Shown piece after piece: positions 48,778 through 62,546 of a DNA stretch of 64,000 bases. Position numbers and translations under genes: made by a program. The notes beneath the pieces are model-generated. The model was not told the DNA's origin and did no database searches. It saw only the letters and a program-made list of their open reading frames with translations. Source of the stretch: Eledone cirrhosa (taxonomy: Eukaryota); the NCBI GenBank assembly GCA_964016885.1, contig OZ024743.1, forward strand, positions 318,370,001 to 318,434,000, in the 5' to 3' direction. Position 1 is the stretch's first letter. The number at the start of each line of letters is the position of its first letter.

Positions 48778-51700
48778 TGTGGGTATGGTGTGGTGTGCGG
48801 TGGCCGGAAGCTGGGGAGTGCTCGACCGGAAGAGTGTGCTTGACTGGAAGGGTGCTTGGCCGGAAGGGTGCTCGACCAGAAGGGCCAGCAGGTCAGCCTC
48901 TCTCTAGTGGTGATCAGGAACGTGGTGGACGCGAGTTTGGCAGCTCCCGGTGTTAATGAGTTGGATCGTACGCACGTGGAAGAGGAGAAACCAGCCATGG
49001 GATTTAGCGGCGCCTATGAAAAGCGGTAAGTGAGATAGCTTTTTCTAACCACAAGCTATTTCGGCACTGGAAACTGAGATCTGATAAAAAAAAATAAAAA
49101 ATTTACTCGAAAACAAAACTACTGGAAAAACAGAGAGGAGTCTGTTGTTTTTTTTTTATTACGTACCGCAAGACAAATTAGGATGGCAATGAGACTACGA
49201 ATGAGCGAAGCGATTAGGGCATTTACCTGTGAAGGCGATGTTGTCGCTTGGCTGCGAAAAGTCTGGCTGGTCGCAAGCTTACAGAAGATTGAAGATGTGG
49301 CTGGCCTCATGGCACTGTACCTTGAGGGGTATGCGTTGGTACTCTTCCTTGAAATGGATGAACACAGCCAAAGGGATGCGTAAAAGATCGAGAGGCGCAT
49401 GATGGAAGCGTTCGCAGAGGGACCGTTAGCTGCTTTTGCTAAGCTGGCAAGAATTAGATGGAACGGTGAATGCGTTGACATTTTTGCAGCTGAAATACGG
49501 CGACTGGCCATGTTGGCTGGATATCAGGTGGAATGCGAATGCACGGTGCGGTTGGCATTCATAAATGGATTTCCAGATGATATAGCAGTGAAACTACAGC
49601 AAGTCTCGGGTTACAAAGAAATGGAGATGCGTGCACTGGTGGAGCAAGCCCGCATCATAGCAGAAGATGCCAAGAAGAGTGTCGCGGTGATGGCAACTAC
49701 AGAGGCCCAAGACACTGGCAGCGAAATGGTGAAAGGGAGGCAACCATGGCACGCGGTCGTCCGCGAATGTTTAGAGGTCGCTGTTTTAGGTGCCAGGGCC
49801 CGAATATGGCGAGAGACTGTAGAGAGTCAAGGCCGGAAATAATATGCTACCGGTGTAAGCGACCAGGCCACATCACTACTAACTGTGACCAGGGAAACGA
49901 TCCAAGGGGAACTACTGCGCCGGTAGTTGCCCCTTATGAGTAGAGGCGCTGCCCATGGTGGAAGTCTTCGTGAGGGGAAAGCCACAGCGAGCCCTCGTGG
50001 ACACGGGCTGTACGACGACACTGGTGACCGCGGGGGTGGTGCAGAGGTGGAGAGGGAAGAGCAGCATAAGGGTAGTCGACGGAAGGAAAATTGAATGCCG
50101 AGGTCACAGCGAGGTGGAGATGGCGGTACGGGGAAGTAAAATAAGGCTTTCTGCCATCGTAGTCGACAACGTGGTGGATGGGATCGGCGTGGTTATAGGC
50201 ATGGACACAATTGGCCGTCTAGGAGGTGTCACAGTGAACAACGTCGGTGTGTCGTTTGGCGGTGCCGCATCGGTATGCGCTGTGAGTACGCGACAGGAGA
50301 ACCAGAAGGCCCACGAGGAGAAATACTGTGCAGGACAAAGTCTTCAAGGCCGTGTTCGATGGGCAGCGATGGGTTGTTGAGTGGTACTGGAAGGGAGAAC
50401 CACCAACACTGAAGACCAAAGTGGGCTGCTATCAACACACATTGAAGGGGGACATTAGGAGCGAGTTCGAGCGAGAGGTAGAGAGATGGATTGAGGAGGG
50501 CCTACTGCTTCCCTGGAAAGAGGAGGTGAAGTGCGGAGTATTGCCGTTAATGGCGGTGGCGCAACCCACGAAGAACAAGGTGAGGCCGGTACTGGACTTT
50601 TGGGAGCTGAACGAGCACGTGTCATGCCACACGGGTGGCGAGGTCACGGATGTCTGTGGGGAAACCCTGCGTGAGTGGATGACGCATGACGAGGGGTTCC
50701 GCAATCTTAGATCTAAAGTCGGCATACTTGCAATTGCATATAGATGAGAAGCTCTGGCAGTATCAGCTGGTCAGGTATAAGGGTCGGACATATTGCGCTG
50801 ACCAGGCTCGGTTTCGGGCTGAGCTCCGCACCGAAGATCATGGCGGCGGTCCTCAAGACCATCCTGGGAAAGGCCGACAAGATGAAGAGGGCCACTAATT
50901 CCTACATTGACGACATCCTAGTGGACGAGTCTGTAGTGTCGGCGGCGGAGGTCATGAGCCATTTACAGGGGTATGGACTGGCTGTGAAGCCGTCAGAAGC
51001 ATTGGAGGGAGGAGCCGCGCTGGGACTTAGGCTACGGCGAGACAGGACGGGCGTCTTGGTATTCCAGAGGGGAAATGAAGTGCCAGAACTAGGCCCAAGT
51101 ATGAGTAGGTGGGAGCTTTTCTCGGTGTGTGGAAAGTTGGTGGGTCACTACCCGATTGCTGGGTGACTCTGGACAGCATGCAGCTATGTTAAGAGATGAG
51201 CGGGAAGGGTGACTTGGAGTGACAGAGTGGGAGAGAGGACGGGGGCCATGATACTGGAGATTGTGGAGAGGGTTAAGGCCGACGACCCAGTGCAGGGATG
51301 CTGGTATGTTCCCAAATCGCAGAGCGGGATCGTATGGTGCGATGCCAGCATAGCGCTGGGTGTCACGTTGGAGATAGGAGGTGCTGAGGTCGAGGATGCA
51401 GCCTGGCTTAGGAAGAAGGACAACTGCAACCACATCAATGTGGCTGAGCTGGGCGCGGTGTTGAGAGGGATGAACCTCGCCCTGAGGTGGGGACTGCGCA
51501 CCATCGAGATACGCACCGACTCGGCTACTGTACTCGGATGGGTGAGATCAGTGCTCACCAGTGAGAAGAGAGTGCGAATGAGAGGGGCGGCAGAAATGCT
51601 GATAAAGCGCCGCCTGCGAACTTTAGGAGAGCTGGCCATCGAGTTCGACCTGAGGCTGAGCGTAGTTTTCGTGCCCTCAGAGAAAAATAGGGTGGACGTC

Positions 51701-53007
51701 TTAACCAGGGTGAAGAAAGCCTGGATGGAAGCGCCGGAGGAGGTAGAGGAGGAGGTAGCTGCCGTGTGTCGGCTGACTGAGTCGGATCTGAAGGGGTTGG
51801 ATGACATGCACCACATGGGAGTGGATAGGACTCTGTTCCTAGCCAGGAGAATTGACTCGGACGTTAACAGATACAGTGTTCAAAGAGTGGTTAGAGGCTG
51901 CGTCTGATGTCAGTCCATTGATCCCGCCCACGGGTGTGCACAAAACGGGAAGCCTCCCGGTGGATCGCGCCTGGAAGCGATTGGCGGTGGATGTAACACA
52001 CTACCGACAGGGAACGTACCTCTCTATGTTCGATGTGGACCGGGACGGATGGCGATATAGAGGGAGATGAAGACTGGAACGGCTGAGGAAATCATGCGGA
52101 TGTTGAGAGAGGTGTTCTTGGAGCGGGGCCCTGTGGACGAACTGCTGATGGACAACAGCGCAGCATTCCGCTCTGAGGCGCTGAGGGAGATGCTCGATGG
52201 ATGGAAGGTGGACCGTTTCTTCAGAGCAGTGTACAGACCAAGCGGAAATGGAATCGTGGAGCGACACCACCGGACGATCAAAGCAATGGCGGAGCGGGGC
52301 CACATCTGACCAATGGAGGCAGTGTTCTGGTACAACATGTCCCCTTGGGTGAGACAGGTTGAGGAATTGGTACCACACAGAGCAGTATTCAGATACGAGT
52401 GGTGGCACCCATGCACGCCACCACAACGGCCAGTGGGGAGAGAGAGTGCATTCGTGCAGGTGGGCGAAGAAGTCTGGGTTAAGCCCCCAGATGCACGTTG
52501 CACATCTCAATGGGGAAGAGGAACGGTGATGGCTGTAAATTCCCAGAACAATGTGTCCATGGACGGAGTACCACGTCATGTCCTGGACGTCCGTAGAATT
52601 ACTGTGTCAACGGACTCCGAGGAAGAGGAAACCCAAAGTGCCGCCCCAACACTGCGGAGATCGCAAAGAAGTCGCAAACCACCAACCTGGACAGCAGACT
52701 TTCATATGCAGAAGGACGAGGGAGAAATTGATCCTTGAGATCAGGGGGTCGTGTGGGTATGGTGTGGTGTGCAGTGGCCGGAAGCTGGGAGTGCTCGACC
52801 GGAAGGGTGCTTGACTGGAAGGGTGCTCGACCGGAAGGGCCAGCAGGTCGGCCTCTCTCTAGTGGTGATCAGGAACATGGTGGACGTGAGTTTGGCAGCT
52901 CCCGGTGTTAATGAGTTGGATCGTACGCACGTGAAGAGGAGAAACCAGCCATGGGATTTAGCGGCGTCTATGAAAAGCGGTAAGTGAGATAGCTTTTTCT
53001 AACCACA
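48778..53007 (+). mobile_element. Full-length degenerate Gypsy-type LTR retrotransposon (LTRs 48778-49053 and 52752-53007)
   Basis: TGT...ACA LTR pair; gag zinc knuckles (CYRCKRPGHITTNC), protease ALVDTG, RT YIDD, RNase H CDAS..AEL..TDS, integrase D..D..E in Gypsy order; purine-rich tract before the 3' LTR. Confidence 0.95.
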
Positions 53008-53317
53008 GTGAATGTGGAGTTTAACTGTTCAAGATTCAATTGATTCACTAGAATATTGTCTTTGTTTAAATAGAAAATTACCTTTCTATTCATAATAATG
53101 GTTCAGATGGTATTTTGATGTTCTGTTGTGTGTGTTTAGGTGGAGTTCCAATGTGTCAAGAGTTCAAGAATATATTTAGGGTTTGCAGATAAAAGCAAGA
53201 ATAAAAGAAGGGAAGTAAATAAAAATATAGACGTAAACATGACTGAAAGGGATCCTTTGGGGAGAGCATTCTACATTTGTCAAAGAATAGGTTTCTGGAG
53301 GATTTGAAAAAAAGGGA

Positions 53318-53373
<56 letters not shown>

Positions 53374-53759
53374 AAAAGGTTTTTTAATGGAGATTTCTTT
53401 AGAGTTATGATTTTTCCTATTATCCTAAGGTGTGTGTGTGTATGGGGGGGGGGGGGGTTGCAAATGTATAGGTTTGTTTACAGATGTGTGTAAATTGATT
53501 ATTCCCATCTATATAGATCATTATATCATTTAATGGGGGTGAATTGGCAGTATCGGTAGAGGGTTGGACGTCATGATTTCTAGCATAGTTACGTCCCTTT
53601 ACAGTCTGAGTTCAAATCCCGCCGAGGTTAACTTTGCCTTTCATCCTTACGGGGTCGATAAAATAAAATACCAGTAATGTACTGGGTAATTGCTGGCCTT
53701 GTGCCTAAAGTAGAAACAATTATATCATTTAATGGGGGAAGAATTACATATTTAATTGT

Positions 53760-54255
53760 GGTTTGTATTTTTTCATTAATTGTTTTTTCTTTGTTTATTC
53801 TCTGTTGTTGAGTGAAAAAGTCTGAGCATTTGTAGGGTGAGAAAATTTCAAAGTTGAGTAAGTTTAATACTGCACATGTTGCAGTGAGACTGCTTAGGGG
53901 GTTTTATTTCATGTTTTCATCATGGATTTGATGGCAGTATATGGCCATTCTTTTGTGCAATGTTACTCCCGTCTGTCCTATATAATTTTGCAGACATCCA
54001 CAGCATGTAATCTTATAAATTAGGTTTTCTGAGTTACAGGTAAAATTTTCTTTTATTCTGAAGTTTTGTCCATCCTTTAATTTGAATTCTGGCCCTTCAA
54101 TTAGGTATATAAACAGGTACCACAATTTGTTCTTCCACATTTTGTAACAGTGGGGTTTGAGATTTGTTTGTGGATTTTTGCCCTAGTAAGGATATGTTTA
54201 TGGTTTGGGACTGTCTTTTACTTTTGATGATTTTGTATGTTTCTAGAATATCTTT
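53760..54255 (-). mobile_element. Penelope-like GIY-YIG endonuclease fragment
   Basis: FTCNSENLIYKITCCGCLQNYIGQT...RM. Confidence 0.88.
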
Positions 54256-54297
54256 AATTTATATATATCATCATCCTCATTATCATATATATGTATG

Positions 54298-54329
<32 letters not shown>

Positions 54330-54712
54330 ATAATAATAATTATTATTATAATAATGAAATTATTGTGTACAGTGCTCAGGTGCACTGCAGCTCATCAAAG
54401 GTGCATGTATAGTACATAGAATAATGTACAAATGTCAGGAAAATAACGGTCTGCCAAATTCTATTCACAAATTATTAGTCAGCCTGAGGCTACAGTAGGA
54501 CTGAACTTGGAACCAACAGGTTGTTAAGCAAACTCATTAACTACTCAGCCATGCCTTTGTCTTTTGGTTTTGCTTTTGATTTTCTTCATTCACATCTTTA
54601 ATTACCATTGTTTAATTAAAATATCTACAATATAACATCAGATCAGCTGATTTTACTTTCACTTCTTCCATATCGATGTCTAATAACAGTTTCTTTATTT
54701 TATCTTTGATAG

Positions 54713-54820
54713 ATGGATCCATGCCTGATGCAACTGATAGTAAAACTTCGCATATTGAAAGATTAAAAAGAGTAGCTACTGTTGATCATTCAGTGAATAT
54801 GTTGCTGTCATCAACAAAAG
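54713..54820 (+). CDS. 108-nt phase-1 exon, repeat 4: DGSMPDATDSKTSHIERLKRVATVDHSVNMLLSSTK
   Basis: TTTGATAG| ... AAAAG|GTAAAG; open frame. Confidence 0.72.
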
Positions 54821-54944
54821 GTAAAGTTTCTCTTAGAAGTAAACTAATACCCCTTCTTAAAGTTGTCGAAGGGGACACCCCTGAATAAAAATAACATCTA
54901 GCATTTTCTTAAACCTGTTGTTAACATATTTCTAATGCAAAACA

Positions 54945-56280
54945 ATCGTGGCAACAGAATTTAGAATCAAAAGAGCTGAGAGTAAAACTGGCAAAAACTA
55001 AAGTGTTAGCAAATAGGAAAGAAGACAGTGGCCTGATCCCATAAGGGAAGTGGATCTATTTCATATGCAGAAAAGGAGTAGGCAGAAACTTGATATATTA
55101 CACACAATGCAAATCTTCGGTACACAAGAGGTGCAGTGGGATAACAGGCAGACTAACAGGAAAGGAAAACTTAATATGTAATAGATGTACAAGGGTAATT
55201 GATAGTAAGAAGGTCAAAGATATAAATATTTTCCAATCCCAAGAAGGATTCCATAGACGTGGTTGATAGCTTCTGCTATCTAGGTGATCTAATCAGCAAT
55301 GGAGGAGGGTGCTCCAAGAGTATTGTAGCTAGAAGGACAGGATAGAAGCTACTCCTGTTGAGAAAAATAGGTTTCTCTGTACGAATGGAAAGTCAACTCT
55401 ATGAAACCTGTATACGATGTGCAATGCTGCATGGTAGTGAGACATGGGTAGTGACTCGGAAGATATTTGAAAACTGGAGAGAAGTGAAGCAAGCTTACTT
55501 CGTTTGGATGTACAATGTTAATGTGTATGAACGACAAAGCATTGATGAACTGAAGGAGAAACTGGATATAAGAGGTATCAGATGTAGTGTGCAGGAGAGA
55601 AAACTGTGCTGGTATGGAGATGTGATGCGCATGGATGATAATCACTGGGTGAAGAAAGCTGCAGTAGAAGAAGACCAATGAAGACTGATGTGGAATTGGT
55701 GAGAACTGATCTCAAATCACTGAAGCTCATGGTAGAGATGATAAAACAAGGTGACAAGTAGAGAGATGCTGTACTGAAAAGGGCCTACCCAAACCATGCA
55801 AGTGTGGAAAAACAGACGTAATATGATGTTGATGATTTGGCTCATTATCACAGTAGGTTTCTCCCCACGAACAAAAGGTCAACCTTATGACGACTGTGTG
55901 AGAAGTGCCATGCTGCATGGTAGTGAAACATGGGCACTGAATGCAAAAGATATGCAAAGGGTAGAGGGAAATGAGGTAAGCATGTTTTGATGGATGTGCA
56001 ATGTTAAAGTGCGAGAATGACAAAGCATGGATGACCTGAGGCAGAAACTGGGTATAAGAGGAATCAGATGTAGTGTGCAGGTTGTGGTGCTATGGACATG
56101 TGATGTATATGAATGATAATCGCTGGGTGGAAAAATGTCAGAAAATCCCAGTAGAGGAAGACCTGGGAGAAGGTGGTGAGAGATAACCTCAAATCATTGA
56201 AACACAGAAGAGATGACAAAGAGCTGAAACAAATGGAGAGGTGCATGCAAGGAGGGAAAAGCAGATGTAAAATGATGATT
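54945..56280 (+). mobile_element. Two stacked degenerate RTE 3' fragments
   Basis: AMLHGSETW motif occurs twice; GATGAT-type tails. Confidence 0.85.
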
Positions 56281-56432
56281 ATATACATATATTATGCCTT
56301 TGGCTTTTGTGTTCTTTTTTTGTTTTTCTTCATTCACATCTTTAATTACCATTGTTTAATTAAAATATCTACAATATAACATCAGATCAGCTGATTTTAC
56401 TTATAGAAGTTTCTCTATTTTATCTTTGATAG

Positions 56433-56540
56433 GTGGAACCGTGTCTGACATAACTCTTAATAAAACTTCACATATTGAAAAATTAAAAAAATTATCAACT
56501 GTTGATAATTCAGTGAATATGTTGCTGTCATCAACAAAAG
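56433..56540 (+). CDS. 108-nt phase-1 exon, repeat 5: GGTVSDITLNKTSHIEKLKKLSTVDNSVNMLLSSTK
   Basis: TTTGATAG| ... AAAAG|GTAAAG; open frame. Confidence 0.72.
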
Positions 56541-58079
56541 GTAAAGTTTCTGTTAGAAGTAAACTATTACCTATTCTTAAAGTAGGGGATGGAGGATGGA
56601 ACACCCTTGAATAAAAATAGCATCCAGTATTTTCTTAAACTCTTTGTTGACATATTTCTAATGTGAAACATTGCTGATGATTTACAAATAATTTTTAAAA
56701 TAACAAAAAATTCTTTTTGGGGTGGTGGTGGGGTCTGAGTATAATATAGCTAACTTTCTCATTATTAAGTTGGTGTTTGGAACATAACTTAACAAAGGTT
56801 CTTACATAAATTATGATGGAAGGTTTTAGATAAATATAAACACTTTAAAATGAAACTAAGAGATGCCCGCTATGCCTTAGTGAAAAATTTAGGATTCTTC
56901 GAGGATTATATTCACTGAACAAATATCTAACCTCCTAAACTGACACATTGTTTTTTTTAGATATTGTTTGCATTGGAAAAGCCATCTCCTGTAAGCTCAT
57001 ACCGCAAGCTTCCCCTCACTAGACCTGCTAAATTCTCCGCATCCCAGTTTTTCTGTCACATTTTTATGCACAAAAAAACACACTCATAAGACATCTCCAT
57101 GCACCACATCACAAAGCTCCTTGTAAATTTTTTTGAAATGTTCAGGTTTTTAATATTTTTTAAGTAAAGTATTAGAATAGGATTTTTTTAATATAAAAAG
57201 AGGTTTAAGCCTTACAAAATTACATTACACACAAACTAACACACATACAATTCGTATTTTTTTAGTGTTCAGATTTTCCTTTTTTTAGTAAGCTCTAAGA
57301 AGTGGTTTAAATTTTGCAAAATACCTTACACACATACAATTATATTCAAACCTGACTATACAACCTTCATTATTTGGCAGTATCGATAGAGAGTCGGACA
57401 CCATGCTTTGAAGCATAGAGTTACGTCCCTTTATGATCTGAGTTCAAATCCCGCCGAAGTTAACTTTGCCTTTCATCCTTACGGGGTCGATAAAATAAAG
57501 TACCAGTAATGTACTGGGTAATTGCTGGCCTTGTGCCCAAAATAGAAACAATTATGTTTTTAAGAAAAAAGAATTCCCACAAAATTTCCCAGTGAGAATG
57601 ATCTCCCTTGCTTTTTAAGGGTGAACAATCTACGATATGCAACCTTTTCCATATTGTATGATCTTCAAGAATTTTAAGAATTAAAAAAACAATAACTTAA
57701 GTCACACACTTATTACACATACACGACAAAAAGCTCCTAGGCCACACTGTATAGTGATCATGCTGGTGATACAACAAGAAGCACTGAGGCCACACTGTAA
57801 AGTGGTTGTGATGGTGACGCAAAAAGCACCCTGTCCACATTGTAGAGTGGTCATGTAGGTGCCACAATAAAAAAACGCCCAGTCCTCACTGTAAATGTAG
57901 TTGGCATTAGGAAGGGCATCCAGCTATAGAAACAAGCCAGAGACAGTTTTCTATGAGCAAGACATGGTCATCTGATCTGACATGGTTATCTGATCTGACA
58001 TGTCTCACAATGGAACAACTCGTATAACCCATGCTAGCATGGAAAATGGTGATGATGATGATATAGTGGGGCAGAAACA

Positions 58080-58610
58080 TATATATTGTATGTATGTGTT
58101 TATGTGTGTTATGTGTTTTGATGTATATGTGTATGTATGTTGATGAATGTGTATGTTTGTGTGTGCATGCACGTGTTAGTATATGTATGTATTAATGTCT
58201 ACATGTGTGTGCCTCTGCTGGTATGTATGTATTAGTGTCTAGATGTGTGTATGTGTGTGTGCCTATACTGGTATGTGTATGTATATTAGTGTCTACATGT
58301 GTGTGTGTATACATGCCTATGCTGGTATGTGTATGCATTAGTGTCTATATGTGTGTGTAAGAGAGCATGTGCTGATATGTTTATGTATTAATGTCTACAT
58401 ATGTGCGTCTCTATCAGTCTGTACTAATAATATATAGTGGCACACTAACATATATTGTATGTATATGTAAATTTGGGTTATGTGTCATGAGGTGTGTATG
58501 TATGTATATATGCATGTGTGTATGTATGTATGTATGTATGTGGGTATTTGTGTATGTATGTGTGTGTATGTACATACATATATATATGTGTGTGTTTTGT
58601 GTATGAGCAA
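58080..58610. repeat. Degenerate (TG)n/(TATG)n low-complexity tract
   Basis: Directly visible. Confidence 0.9.
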
Positions 58611-59297
58611 TTATGTTCATGTGCTAATTTGTCTTACAATTTTGTTAATATTAGAAATTTATTTGTGGCATTAATCCTGTTGCCATTTCTAATCTTTCTG
58701 TTCAGTATTCATCTATTGGACCCCTTCACATGATATCAATTTTCAATAACAAAATCTGGTGATGAGACATTTTCTTGTTATGCCTCAAATATTGGAGTAG
58801 TCTTTAAGCTGGTCTTTGACAGTTTCTGAGGATGGAGATAAATCTCTGTAAAACAGGGGTGGGTAAACTATGGTCTACGAGGTTTGTATCTGTGGTTGCC
58901 TGCAAACGTTCGTGTACAGTGATGTCAATTTATATACTTTCAGACATTCTCACATAGATTACCATGGCCTAACAGACTCAAATTTGCACTCTGTCTTGCT
59001 GAAATTTGACTATAACAAACTTCTACAAGATTGTACCCAGTTGCATATTTCTTGTTTGAGTAACTTTTCAAAAAACATTTATGGGGCAACATAATATTAA
59101 ATTCATGAATCTGGGTAAAGACTGAAAGAATATGATTACAAATACAAGTGACTGGAATGGGGTTCTTTCAAAGGGTCTTTGTAGTAGAGGGTCTTATTTT
59201 TAGCTATAATACTTCTCCTGAGGTTGCCTCACAATGAAGAGGCATCAGTGCTACTTTTACCCAGTGTATATATTATATTTATATTTATACATGCATA

Positions 59298-60695
59298 TCA
59301 TCATCATCATCATCATCATCATCATCGTCGTTTAACGTCTATCTTCCATGCTAGCATGGGTTTAGACGGGAGTTGTCCCATGTGACGCAAGATTGGTTGT
59401 CTTGTTCGTATAGAACTGTCTGGCGGGTTTTCTACGGCTGGATGCCCTTCCTAACACCAACCACATTTACAGTGTGGACTGGGAGGCTTTTACCGTGTTA
59501 CCTACACGGCCACATTACAGCGTGGACTGTGTGTTTTTTTGTCGTGACACCTACACAACCTCATTTATTTAGGACTGGATGTTGTGGCACCGGCATAACT
59601 TTAGGTGTAGATGCGGGTGGGGGTAAGGGTAGTGGGGTGGGGGTGTATTTTTGGTTAGGAGGAGCCTACTGACTGTAGGTTTCGCTTTGTACTTAGGCAA
59701 GGTGGGTCCTCTGTATTACTGCGTAGCGCCAAAGATCTCGGTCCAGTGACATTGTCTTGGAGAGGTGTAAGTGTGTAAGGTCAGAATTTATCAAATCGTC
59801 CCAGGTTTTTCTGGGTCTACCTACTCCGTATCTTTCGTCTATTTTGATCACCCTGCACTTTTTTATACAGCTGTCGTCTTTCATGCGCATCATGTGACCA
59901 TACCAACGTAGTCTTCTCTCAAGTAAACAGCATCTGATCCCTCTTATTACTAATTTTTCACTTAGTTCATTTATGCTTTGCCGTTTGCGTATATTACTAT
60001 TACACATCCAACGGAGCATGCAAGCTTCGTTCCTCTCCAGTCTGCGTATATCCTCTGCACACAATGCCCATGTCTCACTGCCATGTAACATTGCTGTTCA
60101 TATGCAGGTATCATACAGTCTGCCTTTCATTGTTAGAGAGAAACCTTTAGCGGCCAATAGTGGTATAAGCTCTCTGAACTTTTTCCATCCCGTTCTGACT
60201 CTAGCTACTGTACTTTCAGAGCACCCACCACTACTGCTGATTTTGTCACCTAGGTAACGGAAGGTGTCCTCTATTTCTATAGAACCATCTGGGCAATGGA
60301 AGGAGCTAGTATCCTGTGGGCACTTGCTACTACTTATTGCACCTGAGCACCGGCCACATCTAAAATCTATTTTCTTGGTTAGTTTACCTGTGATCCCACT
60401 ACATCTTTTATGCACCCATACTTTGCATTTGGGACATAAAATGGAGTTTCTGCCTACTCCTTTCCTACACACTGAGCATGGCCATTTCCCAGAGAGGACC
60501 AGTGCCCTATTTTCCTTCCTACATACTTCTCTAGTTCAGCCATTGATTCAGCTATGAGCATTAGATCATCTGAGTATAGAAGTTCCCATGGGCAGCCGGT
60601 TTTGAACTCCTCTATTATAGCCTGAAGGGCAATAATAAATAGGAAGGGGCTAAGGACAGAGCCCTGATGAACACCGACTTTTACGCTGAACTCTT
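59298..60695 (-). mobile_element. 5'-truncated copy of the young RTE family
   Basis: Closely matches 1184-2610, including the PHD insert; (CAT)n at 59298. Confidence 0.92.
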
Positions 60696-60822
60696 AATCA
60701 ATACTGATCTGATATTTATTGAACTTTTCACTACAATAAATGTTAACTATAACAAAGATATTCACATTATAGTTTGTTTGACAAGCTTTCTAATTTCTTA
60801 TTAATATCATTTATTTTTGAAG

Positions 60823-60957
60823 ATATGATTAAACACTGTGGTCGACATGCCCTCAAATTCTTGAGTCAGGCATCAAATTTGGAGCAGTCAAGTGATAAAG
60901 ATACACTTGAAACAGATGTAAAAGAAAAGGAGAGTGATCTTCTCAAAGACAAAAATG
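60823..60957 (+). CDS. 135-nt phase-1 exon, second repeat type A: DMIKHCGRHALKFLSQASNLEQSSDKDTLETDVKEKESDLLKDKN
   Basis: TCATTTATTTTTGAAG| ... AATG|GTAAAA; 45 codons, open. Confidence 0.65.
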
Positions 60958-61069
60958 GTAAAAACATTTGAACATTATAATTACACTTTGTTATTAGTTT
61001 ATCAATCAATTGTAAATATATAAGGTAAAGAGAACTTTTCAGCCTAACTGAGTAGATGTTAACCTCTCT

Positions 61070-62390
61070 AGTGCTGGTGAAATGATAAAATGGTACTGGT
61101 GTCATAAACTGCACACAGAACATTCTGTAAAGTGGTAGTGCTGTTGCCACAATAAAATGTTCCCAGATCACTCAGTAAAGTGGTAGTGCTGGTATCACAA
61201 TAAACTGCACCCAGACCACCCTGTAAAGTGGTAATGCCGGTGCAATGATTCAATGAGCTCTGTACACTTTGTAAAGAGGTAGTGCTGGTGCCACAATTAA
61301 ATGTTCTTAGTACATTCTGTAAAGTGGTAGTACTGGTGTCACAATAAAATGTTCTTAGTACATTCTGAAAAGTGGTAGTACTGTTGTCACAATAAAATGT
61401 TTTTAGTACATTCTGAAAAGTGGTTGTGCTGGTGCTATGATGAAATGTTCTCAGACCACTGTAAAGTGGTAATGCTGCAATAAAATGCACCCGGATAATT
61501 CTGTAAAATGGTAGTACAGGTGCCATGATAAAATGTTCTGAGTATATTTTGTTAGATGGTAATGCTGGTGCCATGATAAAATTCACACAATTCCCTCTGT
61601 AAAGTGGTAATGCTATGATAAAATTCCCTCAGCACATTCTTTAAAATGCTAGTGCTGATGCCTCAATAAAATGTCCTCAGTACATTCTGTAAAGTGGTAG
61701 TGCTAGTATCACAAACTGCACCCAGAACATTCTGTAAAGTGGTAGTACAGGTGCCATGATAAAATATTCCTAGTACACTCTATAAAGTGGCAGCGATGAT
61801 GCCATAATTAAATGTTCTCAGTACATTCTGTAAAGTGGTAGTGCTGGTGTCACAATAATCTGCACCCAGAATATTCTGTAAAGTGGTAGTGCTCGTGCTA
61901 TAATACAATATTCTCAGTAAACTTTGTAAAGTGGTAGCGCTTGAGCCACATTAGACTGCATCCAGAACATTCTGTAAAGTGTAATGCTGGTGCCATGATA
62001 AAATGTTCCAAATACACATTTAAGTAGTAGTACAGGTGTCATGCTAAAATGCACACAGAATTTTTTTCATAATGGTAATGTTGGTGACTTGGTAAAATGT
62101 TTCCTGTCTGCTCTGTAAAGTTGTAGTGCTGGTGCCATTATAAAATATTCCCAGAATACCCTGTAAACGAGTAGTACTGGTGTCACAATAAAAGGTTCCC
62201 AATCCACTCTGTAAAGTGGTAATGTTAATGCCATGATAAAATATTCCCAGTAAACCCAGTAAAGTGGTAGTGGTCATGATAGAATGTTCCCAGCCTACTT
62301 TGTTAAGTGGTTGTACTGGTGCCATAATATAATGCTCCCAGGAAACTCTGTTAATTGGTATTTCTGGTGACATGGTAAAATGTTTTCAGT
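61070..62390. repeat. ~47-bp minisatellite (roughly 28 units) derived from the SINE/RTE 3' internal repeat
   Basis: Recurring CTGTAAAGTGGTAGTGCTGGTGCCATGATAAAATGTTCCCAGTACATT-like unit. Confidence 0.9.
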
Positions 62391-62546
62391 ATACACAATA
62401 ATAATAATGTATACTGAATTAATGTTCACTGTAGTAAACATTAACTATAACTAAAATATTCACATTATAGATTTGAGAATCGTTTTATATGGTGAGATTG
62501 TTTGACAAGCTCTCTAATTTCTTACTAATATCATTTATTTTTGAAG

